Shown piece by piece: positions 51,900-64,000 of a stretch of DNA of 64,000 bases. The notes beneath the pieces were generated by a model. The model saw only the letters and a program-made list of their open reading frames with translations. It was not told the DNA's origin and did not search any database. Source of the stretch: Lingula anatina (lineage: Eukaryota; Animalia; Brachiopoda); the NCBI GenBank assembly GCA_051362555.1, contig CM120644.1:6084954-6148953 (forward strand), given 5' to 3'. The translations under genes were made by a program, and so were the position numbers. How positions within the stretch are numbered: the first letter of the stretch is position 1; each line of letters begins with the position of its first letter.

Positions 51900-52960
51900 T
51901 ATTTGGGTAAAAAATATCATTTGTCTAGTAGACACATTTTATAAAATTTTCTTGGCCCGTTAATTACATTTGCTCTGATTTCGTGAGGTTCAAGAGTCAC
52001 GTCCTGCTGTCACTTTGACTGGTTTCTGAATATAAAATCTTTCAGGCTCATTCCCATTGAGAACACACTTCCAAGAGATTAATCTTACTCCGCCGAGACT
52101 GAATGCAATCAGCTTAGTCGATTCCTTCTGCCGTTGAGAAGAATACTGGTGATCATTCAGTCACTTTGGAAACCAGATTTCTTTAAAATTCGCCAAGGTG
52201 AGATTGCGATTTCAATTTCCACTCAGATATTAAAATTCTCGCCAAGGCCGATTTAATAACATGCCTGGATTTCAATCTTGCCCTTACACATGTATGCTGT
52301 TAAATTACCACTGCATTGTCCAGATAGCTCACGTATTAGGAGGACATATTTTTGCCCTTTGGACTTAATCAACTGATGATCTGATGATAACGTCGAGAAA
52401 GAACAATAATGTAACTGATCTGTGCTACATAAATCAGTCAAGGGCCAGATAACGTGCAAATCATTTAGTTGTCTACATGAGTACGTTCCGATATTATGAT
52501 TATACAAGGGGTTCAACTTTTAGTATTTTGTAGTTTCAATTAAGTCAATTAACAAAAAGAGATTTTTTGGCACTTAAAAGCATGACATTTCATTGGACCC
52601 TTAATTCGGTTAATTACAATGTGTTGATTTAGTGAGAGAGGTGATACCGTGGAATCAAACCTTTAACATGACAATATAATACAACAATGCTGTAAATTTT
52701 CAAGCTGGTTAATGTATCATAAAACAAGTTATCGCTGCCCCCATTTACTAGCCACATGCACATCAGTTATATCTAATATATTGTGCATGTTATCACTATT
52801 GGCATGATACAGTTTTTCTATACATCATTCATAGACATTGTCACCTCCCAAGTTCAGATATCATGGGCTAGACTATAAAGGACACTGCGTCTGCTATTTA
52901 CCTCATATTCCATTGCTCAACTATTGACTAAATGTCTTTCCGGTGCAATGATATGACAAT

Positions 52961-54749
52961 ATGGCCGAAGCATTGGCAGCGGCTTTCACGGATAACATTT
53001 TGACATGTAGTATTTGTCTGGACGTGTATCAGGACCCCCGTGTGCTGCCTTGTGAACATACATTTTGCCTTGATTGTATATCTGACCACGCAAAAAGAAC
53101 TAAAAAAAGAACTAAAAAAAGGAAATTTCAGTGCCCTGTTTGCCGAGAAGATGCCCAGTTTCCAGTTGGGGGACTTTCTCAATTAAAAAAGAATTTTGCC
53201 TTTTGCAAGGCCAAAGACATAATAAACCAGCAACAAAGAGAAAGAGGAGTATCAGAAAATGTGCAGACTAATGTAGAAGCAGTGACACAGGCCGTTGCAC
53301 AATTGACCAACGGTTGTGAGAAACATCCTGATAATGAACTGAAATACTACTGTGAAGATGATGATACCGTTGTTTGTGGTGACTGTGCATTAGCAGATCA
53401 TTATAGGCATGGTATTTTACCTGTAGGAACAGTTGCAAAAAGCTATAGAGAAAAAATTGGAAATGCCATTGTTAAAACGCTGGCAAAAGCTAACGTATTC
53501 AAAGAGGCAGTTGCCAGGAAAGCAATCATAGAATTTGAGGACTCTCGTATCAGGACAGCCACTATCAACACCATTGAGAGACAAGCCCACCATATTTGTA
53601 CATTAATTAATGAGAGGAAAGAAACACTGATATCAGAAGTGAATTCTGATTATGATATTAGAAAAAAGCAGAACGAGGCAAACAAGGACATCCTTGAACT
53701 CCACCATGCCTCCTTGCAAAGTGCCTGTGGCTTTGCCCAACAACTTGTTGCAAATGGCACCGACTCTGATATCATGGCGCATGCAAAGTCTCTCACAAAT
53801 AACCTGACAACAATGGAAAACATACCAGTACCAACACCAGACACAACTGCAGAGATATCTTATAGTCCTGGTGAGATATCTACTGCTGGACTGGAAGCCA
53901 TGTTAGGACAGGTGACAGTACAGACAATACCACCATCAGCACCAAATCGTTTTCTAAGAGAAGGCAGAATGCGTACATTCTGTCACTGCTAAAATGAAAT
54001 ATGATAAGGAAAATGTTGTCACATGGGGGCTAGCTAGAGATGAGCAAAATATATATGCTACGGGTTATACAAATGATAAAACAAACGTATTCACACACGC
54101 AGGTCAGTTCATGTTTGATATAAAATTAAAGAAACTTTTTGATGCGGCTGTGTCACAGACTGGTAAACTGTATATAACATCAGTGGGTGACAGATGTGTC
54201 AAAGTGTACTCCACCAAAGGTAAACAGGTGACAACCATAGGTCAGGGTCAACTGGAGCAGCCAAGTTGCATCACACTGAATAGATAAGGTCAAGTGATGG
54301 TTTTTGATGTGAAAAAAGAATCCATCCTCACATTCCACGCAGGCAGTGGACATCTCCTGAACATTATTCGACTTACTATGTGTGAATAACCCACTTTCGT
54401 CACAGTGAGCAGGGCTAATGATAACATTGTGATATCAGACTTGGGCAACTGTGTACACATGCTGTCACCTACTGGTGATCAGCTGTACAAGTATGGTACA
54501 GAAGGCAGTGGTGTTGGCCAGCTGAGTGGTCCTAGTGGAGTGTGCACAGACAGCTATGGGAACATCTTCATAGCTGATGGTCGTAATAATAGGGTTGTAG
54601 CACTCAGTCCGCAAGGACAATTTATCAAATACATTGCCACTGAGGATGATGGGTTGAAATATCCCATAGCATTAACTATTAACCCTGCTGGTCTGCTGGT
54701 GGTGGCAGAGAGATGGGGTATAGTTAAGACATTCCTGTACTTACAATAG
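52961..54749 (+). pseudogene. TRIM-NHL copy 4, disrupted (343-aa RING/B-box/coiled-coil ORF)
   Basis: RING and B-box intact; deletion/frameshift near 53945; TAA at 54285-54287 and another stop near 54388; C-terminal NHL ORF 54405-54749. Confidence 0.87.
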
Positions 54750-54998
54750 ATACAATTCACACAAAATACTAAGTACACTGACAATGATGGTATGCCGTTT
54801 AGAACAAGAATCAAGACTGTTGGTGGTAGCAGAGTCAAAGAATAATTTATTTAAGGTATTTTGGAATTTACAAATCTAAGAATAATTAATTTCAGGTATT
54901 ATGTTGAAATATTATTATAGTACTGTGTGATAAATTGTAAATAACAAAATTAAATAAGAATCACCTGGAACTATTTTAAAAGACATGTAGCAGATAGT

Positions 54999-55850
54999 TT
55001 ACGAAATTTGCAAATTTGGCAAAACACCGCATCTACCACAAGCAAAAGACCAATTGGCTGACTGGGTCAAGCAAAAAATATAACTTAATGTAAGGAAGAC
55101 TATGTCGATGGACATAAATTTTACCAAGAACTGTAATCTTACAATACCAACATTGGAAATAGATGGTGAACGTGTAGAAAAGGTCAAAAAGTTTAAGCTA
55201 CTTGGTGTTATTTTAACCCCAGACCTCAAGTGGGCTGAACACATCCAAATCATGTATGCTAAGGCATGTTTAAAGCTATTTTATCTCAGACAGCTAAAGA
55301 GGGCAAAACTGGACCTACAAGATTTATTAACTATCTACCAGTCTGTAATATGATCAGTTTTAGAATATGCCTGTCCAGTATGGGGACCAGGTCTGACTGC
55401 TGAGCAATCTGAATGTCTAGAGTCAGTTCAAAGTCAGTCAAAAGAGAGCCTTAAGGATTATTTGCCCTGGTCTCAGTTATGATGATGCCTTAAAAGTTTG
55501 TAACATTGACACCCTAGACAAACGTAGACATTTGCTGTATCAGAGGTTTTATAGAAAATTTAAAAATTGTGAAAAGTTGGGACATTTATTGCCTGAAAGA
55601 AACACCCGCCCTTTACGAAACAACACCAAATTCTTACAACCAAAAGTGAAGACGGAAGGTATTAAAAATTCCTTTATTAATTACTGCCTTTTTAACTTGT
55701 AGTAATTTATGGATGCCTTTTTAATTTGTAGTATTTTAAGAATAATTTATTGTTTTATAATTTAAAGTTTATTGTCAATTTTCTTTTAAACATTCTTGTA
55801 CAACTTCAACCTTAGGGTTGCAATTTTATCTAATAAATTATTATATTACC
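54999..55850 (+). mobile_element. Duplicated copy of the same LINE fragment
   Basis: Near-identical to 43187-44035 with the same flanks; additional stops. Confidence 0.8.
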
Positions 55851-58671
55851 TGAAAAAATTTATTCTAAATATTACCTTTATCAAATACAGTGCTTGCCAA
55901 AGACACCATGGTCTTTTCAATATTGTCCGAAGTATATGAAGTATTAAAATGGCACATTCAAATTAATAGCCAAATGATCACCTAACAGCTGTTAATTGTT
56001 AGAAATAGTGCTTTTTATTACGTATACCGTGTCTAACATGATTAATGGTTTAAAAAATACAAAATAGTGGTGAAAATATACATAGTTTATACCATTTAGT
56101 AAAATTTATAAGAGGTACCCCCTCAAATCGACTGTTTCACTGTGACTTCTAAAGATGTAAAGAAATGACTATAAAATTGAAAAGACGCCATCAAATGTCA
56201 CCAAATTCACACACAATTAGCATTAGGGCGTGCTCATTAAAGATCACGTGCCTAACAGCGTGTGCGTGTACCGCGTACTGCAATTATTTCCTGTAGACGG
56301 CGCGACAGCTGTGAGGTGATCATTTGTAAATAAAAGTGCATGGAAATGGGGGTGGGACAACCTTTTTGACCAATGCTGTATATCATTATTAATCAAGCAG
56401 GAAAAACAAAAAACGATTGTCTGAAATCGTTTATCACTGTTATTTATTTTGGTTGTCTCAATCACCTTTTCATTAGTTATAAAAATAATTTAAATTGTTT
56501 AGATGAACTAAGGCAGCGGAGGCAATATTGTTGAAACCTCGTGTAGACAAGTCAAAATACACACAAATGTAAATGTGCAGTTACTTTGTGTAATTTTGTT
56601 TAAATTTGGGCTGCAACTGATGGTGACGTTTTGTATAATGGGTGCCATTTTCATATCATGGAACCTGATTATAGACAATTTGTTACAAAATTCATATGTG
56701 TCCTCGGTAATAAAAAACAGTCTGACAACGAAACAGTTAGTCATGTTATGTATTGTACATTTATATAATAGGGTCAAATACATGTAGATGTTACCCTGTG
56801 CAATCTGGATATAATGAATCCGTTGGTGAAAGCTACTAAGACTTTTATACTTGTATTGCAAATTTATCCATATAAGATAAAAGCCAATTATAAAAACCGA
56901 AAATCATTATCCTTTTGGAGCAAGTTTGATAATTTTCAGAGTAAAACTAATACAATAGATCAATTAAGAATTAGGTTTTGAGATCAGATTAAAATGCACC
57001 TCTGCACTAGGATAAAAGCTGTTGAAAAAGCGTTCACTGCCTTTAAAGGTTAAGAGTCTACAAGTGATGATGCAGGATGAGAGTCTTCCATGGTGTAAGC
57101 AGTTTTTTTTTATTGACCATATGCAAAGAATCGAATTATTTAACAGAGCGATGGACTCCTCACATAAATGTCATTCATCTTTGTCAATGTTGGCAGACCT
57201 TTATTTAAGCTGCAAGCATAGCAGTGAGCAAAGAATTCTCTCTCTGCCTACACCCTTCACTTTTTTGGCCATTTTCAGCAAAATCGTATAATCTTGTGGA
57301 ATTTTTATCCGAAATAAATGCCCTCTATTACTACAACCTGATGTGGTCTGTTGTGAAGACGCAAAACGATTCCTTCCAGTCTAAAGACCTTCTATTATAA
57401 AAGTTAGCTATGATTGTGTTACATGTAGCTGCAAGGCCCTAGGATGGGATTGTAATGTGTTAGTTGCATTCTACTCACTTTGGTCCTCTAAGCTCAATAA
57501 GAAGGTAGTTGTCCATTATGTCTAACTTGAGCTGGTAGACAGGATTAGACTGGTGTGTGTCTGGATAGTTACCACACCCCCCTGCCGACCTGCCTTTCCA
57601 CTGTCCTGTCAACTGGAACATGGAATAAATTACCTTCATTGTGGATGTGACCATACCGCATAATTGAAAAACATCATACGTAGAGTAACAACGTTTAATC
57701 ATCTTATTTAAATGTATTATGACAGATTCACATGGGATTGAAATAGACCTAAATTTTCTGTCTTCTAGTTTCAACAAACTTTCCACTTTAGCCCTTATTT
57801 TAATGTGAGTTCTCTTATCAGCTTACTGCAGCTTTTACCACAAGGCAGTACGGTAATTACATTAAATTTTCAAAAGCCCTACTTTTTCAAGATTAATCAT
57901 TTTCAGACTTGCAAATTACAACAACGTAGTCCTTAATACAAAGCCAAACGATTTGTTAATTTTTTTTCTAACCGTTTTAAGTATTTAAATATATTTTTGG
58001 GGGGATATGGATGGGAACAATCAATTTATGTGCGAATTTTTTTGTTATGAATACGGTATGTTACATATCCGGCACTGAATCAAGCGGTTTTTCAAAGAAG
58101 TATGATGTTTTCGTGAGCAGAAACATGGTTTGTTGCGGTTTGGTGATTTATGAATAATAACAACCACAAGGTATACTGTAGAAGTTCGACATGTGACATG
58201 CTAAGTGCGAGTAATTGTGTCGCTACTGTAGTAATTGAAATTTTATTCCGGTTTAAGTGCAGAAAACTTGATTAAATCCAGGCATGAGAAGTGAGCAAGT
58301 CAGTGAATAGGCTCAGTTATTAATATCAACCCTTTTTGTCTTAGAATTAAAACCATTTTAAACATGAATTAAAAATTTGTATATTTATAATTTTTTGATG
58401 TCATGAAAAACGTTTTGTCTATGTTATGTTTAAGAGAGAAAACTTACAATGAAACGGTGTTCGGCCCCATACTTTCTAATAACCCTGTTATATCATTGCT
58501 CAAGTTAGGTTTTAAACTCCTCCGTATCCGCATTGCTTTTTATTGTTAAACAGTATTGCACGACAAAGAGCGCCATTGATTACAACTCTCATTTCACAAT
58601 GCATGCAGGACGTTTGCTGAACGTGTTGATACTGGCTGCGTTTGCCGTACTGGTAAGCATCTATCTCATTT

Positions 58672-58716
<45 letters not shown>
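58672..58716. repeat. (CT)n microsatellite
   Basis: Direct reading. Confidence 0.95.
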
Positions 58717-58719
<3 letters not shown>

Positions 58720-59602
58720 GGGGAGAAAGCATCCACTGAACAAAATACATTAATAGATTTGATATAAAAAAAGGGAAAATAAAACTTTTCTTACAACGAA
58801 CGCAATTTGAACAGCAGGACAATAGTGCTGAGGTTTCAGTTTCGTTGTAATTTTATAAAGTACCGGTAGATATTTTCGGAATATGGTCCACTATTATCAA
58901 GTCTTGACAATTGCTATTATTCATGTCTGTAATACTACCACCGACGTAGAATCCAACTTTATTTCTATAATTAACAGCTGACTTATACAATTTAATGTTT
59001 TCATATGACTTCCTTTTTATTATTTCAGGAGACCTGTGGATATACAGGCAAGTTTATCTTGGAATTTCAGATCGTTGCAAAAAGGTCATTTAAGTGTTTT
59101 AACTTTTGATAAGTACATTCAACCGTTTTAACGGATGAATTTAAAATTAGTTCGAATAAGTTAGTTTAAACAGACGAACGGAATGCACCTCAATAGTTCA
59201 GCTACGTGGGTTAAATAACATACCTATATATATTCTTGTTAACACATTGGTTTCATACAAAACGCATTATAAAGAAGCCACGCATGATAGCGTTTAGTTT
59301 TAAATCTATTTATTTATTTAACAATATTTTTCTTAGCACTTTGATACAAATTAAATTCTCTCATCTCTCTCATAGAAATTAGATTACATTAAGGTTAGGA
59401 GCGTATATTTGCTACCCTTCCTTTCCCTATAGACTTCGTTCGGCAAATCTGCAACAGTAGGCATTTGGTTTTAATAATGTAATATTCGTAGGGCAAAAAT
59501 TGTTTGATTTTTGTTTGATTTGGGTTGTTTCACTTCTGTGTCCTGCCCCTGGATACTCAATTACTGCACTTTGTGGAGGGAGAAGGGAGTATGAGTGTGT
59601 GT

Positions 59603-59633
<31 letters not shown>

Positions 59634-61639
59634 GTGCAGAACCTCTGAAGCTGTTCATATTTTCGGACTCGCATTTGGTCTTCGTGTATAAAGATATGCA
59701 CGCGTGCAAATATGTGTTAACCATAGTTTTCCTGTTTTCACAGATACATTGGCATTGTTTCATAACAAACATCTATTATATTTGCATATGAACATGTGAC
59801 AACGTCATTCCCGCATAGTGAGGGATTGGTCATAAGAAAACCGCATGGAGCTGAAAACTTAACCATTTAGCACTTTTTCCAATCAACGAAGACATTGGTC
59901 GGTCGCTATGCTCTGCACCCTGAAGTTCACTAGTAAATAAAACTACTCTGTCAATAAACAAATATCGCCATTCATTATTGTTAAATCAGCAGTATACCAG
60001 CTGACGGTTCTTTGTTTATTCAAATATAGCATTCATTTCTGTAAAAGATTAGGTCAATCTAGCATATTGACTTTAAGGGACCATTCCCACATATATTTGT
60101 ATCGATCTATCTCCCTGGGGAGTATCACTAAATTGCTATCAAACTAACCGGCTTAAACGTATGTCACGCTTAGTAAAACTGTGAGGGGGCAATTATCTTT
60201 ACCCCTAGCTGATTCGGTAGGCGTGACAGACATTTAAACCTCTTGAGCTGATAGCAACTTAGCGTGAACCCCCAGGGAGTTAGGTCGATCCAGATGGATT
60301 GATCTAAATATGGGAACCCAGTCTAAGTGTTTGTGAACCACACAATATATCAATTAAGGTATTTGGTCATTATACCTCTTTCTCATTCATAAATAGTTAA
60401 GGCGCTGATGTTAACACACTCTATTGTCGACCGTAGTAGCCCAACATGTAGGCTTGAATTTACTATTTGTATACCCGCTTATTGAAACAAACTTCAGTGC
60501 AAGAGCACTGTAACATATAGGAAGAGATGCAACAAAAACTCAAACTATACAAGATATGATTTTCAAAAACAAAAAAAAAATGATGTAATAAAAAATCTAA
60601 ATACACATAAAAATATATAGGGCTTTAAAAATGTAAAAAAAAAACAATTGAAAAGGCATTGTAGCCATAGTTACCCCAAAAAAGATGTAAACAAATAAAC
60701 AAACAATCCGCCCGTCAATCCACGCGCGGGTGGTAACCGTCCGTTGATTTCTTACTTTTATCTCTCATTGTGGCTTCAAATTACAGAAATCCTCGGCAAT
60801 GCTCAATGAAGTCCACAAAATTGACCTTCCGCCTGTCGTCACATTACATTGTGCCTTCATATTTCAGAGATACTCTGTCAACCACTACAAAAACCTCAAA
60901 ATGGAGTTTTTTCTGTAAGGCAGTGTATGTCCCAGCCCTCGGTCAGAATGATATGCGCAGTAATATGCTATCCCGGTTACGTAGTACAAGGGCAGGCCAG
61001 TGTGGTCTGTAAAAATGATGGAACGTGGAGCGGTACACCTGGATATTGCAGAGGTAATGAACATCAAATTCCCCATTCTGCTCTCTTCTGGTGCTTTTAC
61101 ATTCAAATTGGGGCGACCTAATTAAGACTTGCAATAGCAAATTGAGTGATAACATTATCTAAGCATGGGGAGTCGTTCTTAATTCATTCAAGTAATCCAA
61201 ACCATATAGTTTTTTTTTTTCTTTTTTTTTACTGGCCAGATGTACACACATTATTTGTTTTGTTGAGGGATAAAAAATCCTGACGTAATATTAAAGTCAG
61301 CAATCACTACCGAGTACCGTTGAATTAAAATCTTCAAAATAATTTCTTTTCAATTGATCGACGCCATTCTAATACATATTTCACCAGTCGTTATTATCAA
61401 TTATATTATACAGATAACCAAAGTCCCATCATTAGACACGAAACAAGTAACATAATTGTCAACGCTGCTTTGGACAGTAATCAAGCGGTTGTAAATTGGG
61501 AACAAGACAAGCCAAGAGTAATAGACAACTCCAGAAAGGTGCCAAGTGTGAGACTTTATATAGGCGGACGAGAAATAAAAGGTAATAGCCAATAACGCAA
61601 CTGGACCTTTATGACATTGTTCCCGCCATACCGACGGGT

Positions 61640-63400
61640 TGATTCTTGAAAGCTTTATTTGTTGTTATGTTTCTTGCAATTACTCAATTTAAAGTTAAAA
61701 ATATTACAAATTGTTATAAATTGCTCCATTTTTTTAATGCTAACTGAATCCATTGTAAAGACCGAAATTACTTTAGTTTTTTTCAATATGTTCAATAAAC
61801 AATTGATCTACCAGGGAAGTGATTTATTTATATTCTCTAAACTTTCCCTTATCTTTTTTTAGGATTTCACTTAGATATATCTTTTTTTAAAGTTGTCTAT
61901 CTGGGACCTCTGTAAATCGTTTTAGGTATGCTGCTGTTTGTTTAAGTACACTTTGTTTAAGTGTACTAAGTGGAAGTCTGCCAAATTCCGCTTTGGCTGC
62001 TATGTTACTGCTGTTATGTTGAATTCCCAGTAGTGATTTGCAGAATTTGTTGTGGACATGTTCAAAAGGGAATGTGTTCATAGATTTGATAGAGTTAAGG
62101 TTTTTAGCAATGAGAGTAGGTCCCCAAATTTCATAGCCATATAGAAGGATGGGTTTGATTAATGTATAGAACAGTTTCAGTTTAAGGCGAATAAGACTTC
62201 TTGCCGTGGAGGATAATGTTTGATTAATCATGAAGTTAGCTTTCATTGCTTTGCCTTTAACGTCATTGAGTGCACTTTTGAATGATCCACTAGACTTCAG
62301 TTTGTTTCCCAAGTATGTGTATTCATTGGTGACTTCCAAGATCTCACTATTTATATTGAAGTTGATTTTGGGGGTTTTTGCCAGACTTGTTAAATACCAT
62401 AATTTTAGTTTTCTTTGGTTAACTGAAAGTTTCCACTTTTTACAATATCTACCCAGGTTGTCAAGTCCTGTTTGTAATCCTTCTGCTGATTTGGATAAAA
62501 TTACTAAGTCATCTGCGTATAGTAGGTGACTGATGCTGATGTCATTCAGTGTGACTGGGTGACAGGATTCTGTAAAAATATCCTTGATATCATCTATATA
62601 GATATTAAAGAGCATGGGACTTAGACCATCACCCTGCTTGATGCCTTTTTCGGGTTTAAAGTGGTCTGTGAATCCTTGGCCTATTTTTACACTTAGTGTA
62701 GTGGTTTGATACATATGTTTAATTGTTCGATAAAAGTTACCACCTATGTTCTGTTTGAGAATTTTATATAGCATTCCTTCTATCCATACACTATCAAATG
62801 CAAACGAAAGTCAACAAAGCATGTAAATAATGTTGAGTTTTTACTTAGATAACGATTGACCAGACTGTTAAGGATGAATATATTGTCTGTTGTTCTGTGT
62901 TTTGGGCGGAAGCCTGCTTGTTCGTCACTAAGTAATTTTGTTTCTTCTATAAAAGATAGTAACCTGCAGTTTAATAGAGATGTAAATAGTTTTTTAAGAC
63001 GGCTACTTACACAGACCCCCCCCCCCCCCCCCCCCCCCGTAGTTATCTGGAGACATGGGGTCACCTGATTTGAAAATAGGTTTAAGTAGGCCTTGGTTCC
63101 ATTGCTTTGGGAATATACCACTGTTTAGTATTAGGTTAAATAGTTTAGCAAGTGACTTAGCTATGTAGGGACTGGATGATTTTATAATTTTATTCGATAT
63201 TGTATCAATTCCACATGATTTTCTATTTTTCAACTTTATGGTGCCTGTTTTTATCACTTTGATTGTAAATGGATAGTCAAGTTGTTTGTTGTGGATCTCA
63301 TCTATGTTCATTTCTAGACGGTGAAGTTTTTCTATGAGAGTTCTGTCATTATTTTTGGTGTTGTTCTTTCCAAGAATGTTGGTCGCTCATATTGAATCTG
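61640..63400 (-). mobile_element. Degenerate non-LTR retrotransposon reverse transcriptase fragment (RTE-X-like)
   Basis: QAGFRPKHRTTDNIF, FVDF, GIKQGDGLSPMLFNIYIDD, LLYADDLV, YTYLG, KAEFGRLP; frameshifted, poly-C tract at about 63016-63038. Confidence 0.88.
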
Positions 63401-64000
63401 TTAGTCTGCAGATCAACTTGTTATAAAGGCCCTCAAAGAACAATCTGCCACTTGCACTGAAACCATGCAGAAACAGATGACTGTTCTTAAAACATCAACA
63501 TAGTGCCTTTCTTGGGTTCTCCAAAAGAGGTAGAGAAAAAATATCTTTTTTTTTTTCGAGATTACGTTAAAAGCAAAATCACTGTCTTTATAGGTGGGGG
63601 CTATGAACATACTTTCAAGATAGGTTTAACCACGGTGAAATACGTGTTTACAGATGACAGCGGTAATAGCGCCGATTTCTTCTTCAGAGTGGAAGTCCGA
63701 GGTACGTATGAAATAAGGTTCTATATTCGTTCTTTCTGTGGACACTGAGAGTTGTTTAAACAATTATAAGCACATCGTTTTACCAGAGGGGTCATGTCGA
63801 TTATCCCCCCAACCGATAAGTCCCCACACCGATACTCTCGTGCACCGTTACTCCCCCCGCACCGCTTCTCCCTCCTTGTAAAATTTTGCATTATGCGCAT
63901 CGATACGATCCAACACGGACATATTCCCGGATCGAGACATTTCATATAAAATTACCGTTATACGCGCACCCTACACCGGTATTTCACCGGATATTTGCTT

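Larger units (their letters stand above)
28950..58360. repeat. Segmental tandem duplications carrying the TRIM array
   Basis: 31190-34700 matches 45295-52720 apart from transposon insertions; 42936-45600 matches 54749-58170; promoter block 29600-30270 recurs at about 34240 and 52370. Confidence 0.88.
58599..63701 (+). pseudogene. 5' part of a secreted sushi/HYR gene, probably disrupted; continues beyond the window
   Basis: Exon 58599-58652 MHAGRLLNVLILAAFAVL; exon 59029-59047 ETCGYT with a GC donor (G|GCAAGT); exon 60868-61053 sushi domain ILCQPLQKPQNG..C..C.PGYVVQG..VCKNDGTWSG..C; HYR-like exon ending 63701 (TFKIGLTTVKYVFTDDSGNSA..F.VEV) with an upstream in-frame TAA and an adjacent LINE. 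Confidence 0.62.

Overview
AT-rich eukaryotic (metazoan, probably lophotrochozoan-type invertebrate; taxon is inference) genomic window that looks like a defence/secreted-protein island. The most notable content is invisible to the ORF track: two divergently oriented micro-exon genes encoding secreted prepropeptides. Gene A is on the minus strand (15607->6499, 12 exons, 121 aa, Cys-loop repeats) and gene B on the plus strand (23935->28475, 11 exons, 154 aa, Pro/Thr/Lys/Trp-rich). Both have a signal-peptide exon, a pro-region exon, a run of 18-33 nt phase-0 micro-exons expanded by tandem duplication of three-exon modules, and a last exon ending DL[LI]G(R)-stop. Between them lie a tRNA-Val(CAC)-like gene and a 4-exon secreted chitin-binding-like/TSP1/C-type-lectin gene. 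Downstream is a tandem array of four intronless RING-Bbox-coiled-coil-NHL (TRIM2/3-like) genes, one intact and three disrupted, plus two sushi/HYR gene remnants, LINE fragments and many non-autonomous DNA transposons, several confirmed by empty sites in paralogous repeat units. All gene models were read by eye from splice signals; none is transcript-confirmed.
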